Assembly (NCBI RefSeq): GCF_000007145.1
Contig: NC_003902.1
Coordinates: 3,116,497 to 3,148,496, forward strand
Length of the DNA: 32,000 nt
Direction: 5' to 3'
Origin: Xanthomonas campestris pv. campestris str. ATCC 33913
Lineage (GTDB): Bacteria > Pseudomonadota > Gammaproteobacteria > Xanthomonadales > Xanthomonadaceae
Positions 27,264 to 32,000 of the stretch are shown piece by piece. A program made the position numbers and the translations under genes. Under the pieces are notes generated by a model. The model saw only the letters and a list, made by a program, of their open reading frames with translations, ran no database searches and had not been told where the DNA came from. The first letter of the stretch is position 1, and each line of letters opens with the position of its first letter.

Positions 27264-28538
27264 ATGATCGACCGACGTCTTCTGCTCGCCGCCGCCGTTG
27301 CAGTGCTCACTGCCTGCACCGCTCCACGCCCCGCACCGCCGGCCACTGCCGCGCAAGCCGCCATAGCGGCCGCCCCGCATACCCTGCTGCTGATCTCCAT
27401 CGATGGCCTGCGCGCGGACATGCTCGACCGCGGCATCACCCCGGCCCTGTCGGAACTCGCACGCGACGGCGTGCGGGCGCAGTGGATGACGCCCTCGTAT
27501 CCCTCGCTCACCTTCCCCAACCATTACACGCTGGTCACCGGCCTGCGCCCGGATCACCACGGCATCGTGCACAACAGCATGCGCGACCCGGCCCTGGGCG
27601 GCTTCTGGCTGAGCAAGCAGGACGCGGTGAGCGATGCACGTTGGTGGGGCGGCGAGCCGCTGTGGGTGGGCGCGGAAAACGCCGGCCTGCATGCGGCCAC
27701 CTGGTCGTGGCCGGGCAGCGAGGCGGCGATCCAGGGCGTGCGCCCCACGCAGTGGCGGCATTACGAAGAAGGCGTCAGCCTGGAAGCGCGCGTGGACACC
27801 GTGCGCGGCTGGCTCGCCTCCTCGGGCACACAGCACAACACGCTGGTGACGCTGTATTTCGAACACGTGGACGAAGCTGGCCACGATCACGGACCGGAGT
27901 CGCAGGAATACGCCAACAGCGTGCGCGCCGTGGATGCGGCGATCGGCCGCCTGCTGGCCGGCATGCAGCGCGACGGCACCCGCGCGCGCACCAACATCAT
28001 CGTGGTCTCCGACCATGGCATGGCCGAGGTACCCCCCGGGCACGCGCTCAGCGTGGAAGCCATGACGCCGCCCACCGTCGCCACGGCCACCACCGACGGC
28101 CAGGTGATCGGTTTCGAGCCGCTGCCTGGTCAAACGGCACGCGCGGAAGCGCAGTTGCTCGGTGCGCACGCGCAGTACGACTGCTGGCGCAAGGGCGAAT
28201 TGCCGGCGCGCTGGCACTACGGCAGCCATCCGCGCATCGCCCCGATCGTGTGCCAGATGCACGAAGGCTGGGACGCGCTGTTCCCGGCCAAGCTGGCCAA
28301 GCGCCCGCGGGAGGGCATGCGCGGCTCGCACGGGTTCGACCCGGCGCTGCCGTCGATGCGTGCGGTGTTCCTGGCGCAGGGCCCGGACATCGCGCGCGGC
28401 AAGCAGCTGCCAGGCTTCGACAATGTCGACGTCTACCCGCTGATGACCCGCCTGCTCGGCATTCCGGCCGCGCCCAATGACGGCAACCCGCAGCGCCTGC
28501 TGCCGGCGCTGCGCACGCCACCGCCCGGCACGCCCTGA
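27264..28538 (+). CDS. nucleotide pyrophosphatase/phosphodiesterase (NPP, alkaline phosphatase superfamily), lipoprotein
   Basis: Signal with LTAC. Motifs: LISIDGLRAD, SYPSLTFPNHYTLVTG (Thr nucleophile), YFEHVDEAGHDHGP, VSDHGM and GSHGFDP. Near-colinear with my recollection of the structurally characterised Xanthomonas axonopodis NPP. Confidence 0.9.
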   Translation: MIDRRLLLAAAVAVLTACTAPRPAPPATAAQAAIAAAPHTLLLISIDGLRADMLDRGITPALSELARDGVRAQWMTPSYPSLTFPNHYTLVTGLRPDHHGIVHNSMRDPALGGFWLSKQDAVSDARWWGGEPLWVGAENAGLHAATWSWPGSEAAIQGVRPTQWRHYEEGVSLEARVDTVRGWLASSGTQHNTLVTLYFEHVDEAGHDHGPESQEYANSVRAVDAAIGRLLAGMQRDGTRARTNIIVVSDHGMAEVPPGHALSVEAMTPPTVATATTDGQVIGFEPLPGQTARAEAQLLGAHAQYDCWRKGELPARWHYGSHPRIAPIVCQMHEGWDALFPAKLAKRPREGMRGSHGFDPALPSMRAVFLAQGPDIARGKQLPGFDNVDVYPLMTRLLGIPAAPNDGNPQRLLPALRTPPPGTP

Positions 28539-28583
28539 GCCCGCGGCGGCCCGCGCGCGCCGCAGCGGTGCGACAATAGGGCG

Positions 28584-29948
28584 ATGTCTGCTCCCGATCC
28601 TTCCCCCCGGCGGCTGCGGCCGCTGTTGTCCAGCGAAGGCTGGCGTCGTCGTGTCGCTCTGTGGGGCGGCGCCATTGCGGTCGCGCTGGTGGCCATCGTG
28701 TTCGCCAAAGCCAGCGACGCGGCTTTCCACCTGTTCCAGCGCATCACTGCCCACTCCATCTGGTGGGCGCTGCTGCTCACCCCGGGCATCTTCGCGCTGC
28801 TGGCCTGGCTTACCTCCGGCGCGTTGCGGCCCACCCGCGGCAGCGGCATCCCGCAGGTGATCGCCGCGCTGGAACACCCGGACCCGGCCTTTCGCGAAAC
28901 CAATCTGTCGCTGCGCGTGTCGGTGGGCAAACTGGCGCTCACCACCTTGTCGCTGCTGGGTGGTGCGTCAGTGGGCCGCGAAGGCCCCACGGTGCATGTG
29001 GGCGCCAGCCTGATGCATGTGTTCGGGCGCTGGTTCGGCTTCCGCGAGCCACGTGAGCTGTCGCACTTCCTGCTGGCCGGCGGCGCCGCCGGCATCGCCG
29101 CCGCGTTCAACACGCCACTGGCCGGGGTGGTGTTTGCGATCGAGGAATTGAGCGGGCGCTTCGAGCACCGTTTCTCCGGCACCTTGCTCACTGCGGTGAT
29201 CGTGGGCGGCGTGGTGTCGCTGGGCCTGCTCGGCAACTACACCTATTTCGGCAAGGTGGCCGTGGCCTTGCCGCTGGGCAAGGCGTGGCTGGCGATCCTG
29301 TTATGCGGCAGCGTGGCCGGGCTGCTCGGTGGCCTGTTCGCACGCATGGTGCTGGCCAGTGTGTCCGGCCGGCCGCGCTGGCTGGCGGCACTGCGGCAAC
29401 GGCACCCGGTGCTGCTGGCCGCGCTGTGCGGGGTTGCGCTGGTGGGTCTGGCGCTGGTGTTCGGGCAAGGTGCGTTCGGCACCGGCTACGAGCAGGCGCG
29501 CAGCCTGGTGCAAGGGCACGCGGTGGTCGGCCATGAGTTCGGGCTGATGAAGCTGGTGGCCAATCTGGTGTCGTACGTGGCCGGCATCCCGGGCGGGTTG
29601 TTTTCGCCGGCGTTGGCGGTGGGCGCCGGGCTGGGGCACAACCTGTCGGTGTTGATGCCCAGCGTGGACCCGCGCACCTTCGTGCTGCTGGGCATGTGCG
29701 CGTATCTCACCGGCGTGACCCAGGCCCCGCTGACCTCGGCGGTAATCTCGCTGGAACTCACCGACACCAGCCAGATGCTGCTGCCGATCCTGGCCACGGT
29801 GCTGCTCGCACGCGCGGTCTCCGGGCTGGTCTGCAAGACGCCGATCTATCGCGGCCTGGCCGAACAGTTGCTGGTGCCGGCTGCAGGCACGCCCGCGCCG
29901 CCGTCCACGCCTACGCCCCCAACACCGCCGCCGCCAAGCGCGCACTGA
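28584..29948 (+). CDS. ClC-family voltage-gated chloride channel / H+-Cl- exchanger
   Basis: 454 aa, polytopic. Selectivity-filter motifs GSGIPQ, GREGPTVHVGA and GIPGGLFSPAL. Pro/Thr-rich C-terminal tail. Confidence 0.9.
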   Translation: MSAPDPSPRRLRPLLSSEGWRRRVALWGGAIAVALVAIVFAKASDAAFHLFQRITAHSIWWALLLTPGIFALLAWLTSGALRPTRGSGIPQVIAALEHPDPAFRETNLSLRVSVGKLALTTLSLLGGASVGREGPTVHVGASLMHVFGRWFGFREPRELSHFLLAGGAAGIAAAFNTPLAGVVFAIEELSGRFEHRFSGTLLTAVIVGGVVSLGLLGNYTYFGKVAVALPLGKAWLAILLCGSVAGLLGGLFARMVLASVSGRPRWLAALRQRHPVLLAALCGVALVGLALVFGQGAFGTGYEQARSLVQGHAVVGHEFGLMKLVANLVSYVAGIPGGLFSPALAVGAGLGHNLSVLMPSVDPRTFVLLGMCAYLTGVTQAPLTSAVISLELTDTSQMLLPILATVLLARAVSGLVCKTPIYRGLAEQLLVPAAGTPAPPSTPTPPTPPPPSAH

Positions 29949-30073
29949 CTGCTGACGGTGCGCCGCAGCCTGGCAGGCTATGGCGCATCGACCCACTGGC
30001 ACTGCCGCAGAAGACGACAGTTGCGCATCGGTGGCAGCCGCTCTGCTGCTGCGCGCACCCAAACAACAGGCAT

Positions 30074-30101
30074 AAAAAAACGCGGCGCAAGCGCCGCGTT
30101 T
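30074..30101. terminator. bidirectional rho-independent terminator
   Basis: AAAAAAA-CGCGGCGC-AA-GCGCCGCG-TTT. An 8-bp GC stem with a 2-nt loop is flanked by an A7 run on one side and T3 on the other. On the minus strand this gives a U7 tail 23 nt after the bTHX stop. On the plus strand it is weaker and lies downstream of the ClC gene. Confidence 0.7.
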
Positions 30102-30123
30102 CTGGTTGCGAAGCGGGCTGGGA

Positions 30124-30306
30124 TCAGCCGGCCTTGGCAACGCTCTTCTTGGCCACGGCCTTCTTGGCCGGCGCCTTGACTACGCCCTTCTTGGCAACCG
30201 GGGCAGCTGCACCCACGACAACCTTGCTCACCGCGTGCGAACGCGAATTGCCGTAGCTGGAATTGTAGCGCTTGCCCTTGGCGGTCTTGCGGTCACCCTT
30301 ACCCAT
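30124..30306 (-). CDS. 30S ribosomal protein bTHX with Lys/Ala-rich C-terminal extension
   Basis: ATG 30304-30306 with AGGAG 8 nt upstream. The N-terminus MGKGDRKTAKGKRYNSSYGNSR matches the bTHX signature (Thermus THX: MGKGDRRTRRGK...). The tail is PVAKKGVVKAPAKKAVAKKSVAKAG. Confidence 0.8.
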   Translation of the reverse strand: MGKGDRKTAKGKRYNSSYGNSRSHAVSKVVVGAAAPVAKKGVVKAPAKKAVAKKSVAKAG

Positions 30307-30414
30307 TTCGTCGACTCCTGAATGTGAATACAAATCCCCGCGCTGGCACGGGGTCTGGCGAGGTTTACGCCGGCGGCGCCCTCGCGCAAGGCCGGCAAGC
30401 CTATCACGTCGCTC

Positions 30415-30831
30415 TCAGTGCGCGCAGCTTGCGTCGTGGACGTGGCCATGACCGTGGTTCAGACGCAGGTTGACCAGGTGCGCAATTCCCACCAGCGCGC
30501 CGCCCAGGGTCATCACTACCGCGTGCGGTACCACCGAGTGGTGCAACGGGTCGTACAACAGGCCCAGCCACAACAACCCCAGGCCCGGCAGCAGCAGCGC
30601 CAGGGCGTGCAGCGCCTTGTGGCGGCGGTATCCCAGCACCAGGCTGAACAGCCCGAGCAGGGTCACGAACACCACGATGGCCAGCTCCACCCCGTCGCCG
30701 AGCCAGAACGACAAGCCGAGCGATGGCGCCAGGGCCAGCACCAGCGGCAGCACTGCGCAGTGCACTGCACACAGCAATGAGCCGGTAGCACCGAAGCGAT
30801 CGAGCAGGTGGCGAAGCGTTGGCAGGGGCAT
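30415..30831 (-). CDS. MerC-domain membrane protein with His/Cys-rich C-terminus (putative metal transporter)
   Basis: 138 aa with four TM helices. N-terminal CAVHCAVLP motif as in the MerC family (from memory). C-terminal NHGHGHVHDASCAH. ATG 30829-30831. Confidence 0.7.
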   Translation of the reverse strand: MPLPTLRHLLDRFGATGSLLCAVHCAVLPLVLALAPSLGLSFWLGDGVELAIVVFVTLLGLFSLVLGYRRHKALHALALLLPGLGLLWLGLLYDPLHHSVVPHAVVMTLGGALVGIAHLVNLRLNHGHGHVHDASCAH

Positions 30832-30857
30832 GACTTTCAGCAGGGGCTCGCGGCGAC

Positions 30858-30879
30858 GTGGAATAATATAACATCTTCC
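30858..30879. promoter_or_regulatory. candidate Fur-family (Zur-like) operator in a divergent promoter
   Basis: GTGGAATAATATAACATCTTCC is an isolated AT-rich island in GC-rich DNA, 27 nt upstream of the MerC-like start. The minus strand reads GATGTTATATTATTCCAC. Its left half ATGTTATA equals the half-site of the gammaproteobacterial Zur consensus GAAATGTTATAWTATAACATTTC (from memory), and the right half is imperfect. Confidence 0.4.
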
Positions 30880-30992
30880 TCGTTCCAGCCCCGCACCAGT
30901 CCATCACGCAGGTGCGGTGTGTGCCGTCGGCGCAGCAGGCAAGCTGCGCCATTCCATTGATACAAAGTAACAACCATAGAGTCCGGTCAGCC

Positions 30993-32000
30993 ATGTCCCC
31001 CAGCCTTTCCTCCCCGCTCCGCCGCTCCACCCTCACGCTGGCCCTGGCCAGTGTGCTGATCCCCGCTCTGGCCATGGCCGACGACACCCCGGTGCCTGCC
31101 GACCCGCAGACCCCGCCCAGTTCCGATACCCGGCATGACGCGACGCCGTCCAGCGGCCGCCATATCAAGGACCTGGACAAGGTGGTGGTCACCGCCAGCC
31201 CGCTGCGCGATGCCGCCGGCGAGCTGAGCCGCCCGGTCGAGGTGCTGGCAGGCGAGCGCCTGGACGAAGTGCGCGCCTCCAGCCTGGGCGAGACGGTGGC
31301 CAGCCTGCCTGGCGTGCAGAGTTCCAACTTCGGCCCCGGCGTGGGCCGGCCGATCATCCGCGGCCTGGACGGCCCGCGCGTGGCGGTGCTGCGCGACGGC
31401 CTCTCCACGCAGGACGTCTCCACCGTCAGCCAGGACCACTCGCCGGCGATCGAGCCGTTCCTGGCCAACCAGATCGAAGTGCTCAAGGGGCCCTCCACCC
31501 TGCTGTACGGCTCCGGCGCGATCGGCGGCGTGGTCAACGTGGTCGACGGCCGCATTGCCGAGACGCCGGTGGATGGCTTCAGCGGGCGCGCCGAAGTGCG
31601 CTTCGACGGCGGCGACAAGGATGGCAACACCGACATGTTCCGCGTCGATGCCGGTAACGGCAGCGGGCTGTCGATCCACGCCGACGGCGTGTACCGCAAC
31701 CAGAACGACTACGACACCCCGCAAGGGCGCCAGGCCAATTCGTTCCTGGACTCCAAGGTGGGCTCGATCGGTGCCTCGCTGGCGGGCGACTGGGGCTTTG
31801 TCGGCCTGTCTGCCTCGCGGTTCCGCGACAACTATGGCAATCCGGGCGAGCCGGGCGATCTGTCGATCGGCGAGCGCGGCGTTTCGCTGAAACTGCAGCA
31901 GGACCGCTACGACCTCAAGGGCGGGCTGACCGATCCGTGGGGCGATGGCAGCGCATTGCGTTACAGCTTCGGCCATACCGACTACGCGCACACCGAATTC
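30993..32000 (+). CDS. TonB-dependent outer-membrane receptor (N-terminal 336 codons; continues beyond window)
   Basis: Absent from the ORF track because it has no stop in the window. ATG 30993, and the frame stays open to 32000. Signal peptide (TLALASVLIPALAMA) and TonB-box-like DKVVVTASP. Plug motifs: GETVASLPGVQSS, GRPIIRGLDGPRVAVLRDG and IEVLKGPSTLLYGSGAIGGVVNVV. Confidence 0.85.
   Translation, partial: MSPSLSSPLRRSTLTLALASVLIPALAMADDTPVPADPQTPPSSDTRHDATPSSGRHIKDLDKVVVTASPLRDAAGELSRPVEVLAGERLDEVRASSLGETVASLPGVQSSNFGPGVGRPIIRGLDGPRVAVLRDGLSTQDVSTVSQDHSPAIEPFLANQIEVLKGPSTLLYGSGAIGGVVNVVDGRIAETPVDGFSGRAEVRFDGGDKDGNTDMFRVDAGNGSGLSIHADGVYRNQNDYDTPQGRQANSFLDSKVGSIGASLAGDWGFVGLSASRFRDNYGNPGEPGDLSIGERGVSLKLQQDRYDLKGGLTDPWGDGSALRYSFGHTDYAHTEF

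Noticed and set aside
30957-30982. TTGATA ... TAGAGT upstream of the TonB-dependent receptor, considered as a sigma-70 promoter.
   Set aside because: The spacer between the hexamers is only 14 nt, outside the functional 16-18 nt range. Promoter consensus in this lineage is too loose to call by eye.

Overview
GC-rich, strongly GC3-biased chromosomal segment that reads like core Xanthomonas-type (Xanthomonadaceae/Lysobacterales) genome. The taxon call rests on my recollection of the X. axonopodis NPP enzyme sequence and on GTAG...CTAC REP-like palindromes; no database was searched. I support 28 protein-coding genes, including 1 frameshifted pseudogene and 2 cut by the window edges. In order they are: a DUF2867-like C-terminal fragment, a small acidic protein, a DUF4349 lipoprotein, a DUF885 lipoprotein, an ABC exporter, a CPA2 cation/proton antiporter, a frameshifted beta-lactamase-family hydrolase, RraA, a DUF72 protein, a DMT transporter, RluF, a GGDEF-EAL sensor, the DeaD helicase, an ECF sigma with a 4-TM partner, YbcJ, a UbiH/UbiM-type hydroxylase, a MAPEG protein, a DUF4019 protein, a small membrane protein, a ClpP-like lipoprotein, an Ada-AraC-AlkA fusion with Ogt, NPP, a ClC channel, bTHX, a MerC-like protein, and a TonB-dependent receptor running off the 3' edge. 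The receptor is missing from the supplied ORF track. I found no tRNA, rRNA, CRISPR array, transposase, integrase, phage gene or recognisable defence gene, and no convincing multi-gene novel system, so this is mostly housekeeping DNA. The features most worth a second look are structural. First, four tandem copies of a 151-152 bp multi-hairpin unit lie at 3728-4315. Second, an in-frame 186-bp tandem array at 11076-11790 consists of decaying copies of the last 62 codons of the DUF72 gene, each keeping its TAG. Third, a 1-nt frameshift splits the serine hydrolase. Fourth, a coding-like stretch with an in-frame TGA sits in a 490-bp convergent gap. Fifth, a Zur/Fur-like AT-rich box lies between the MerC-like gene and the TonB-dependent receptor. 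Sixth, the lipoprotein keeps ClpP-like Ser/His spacing. Many long ORFs in the track are antisense or off-frame artefacts of high GC content.
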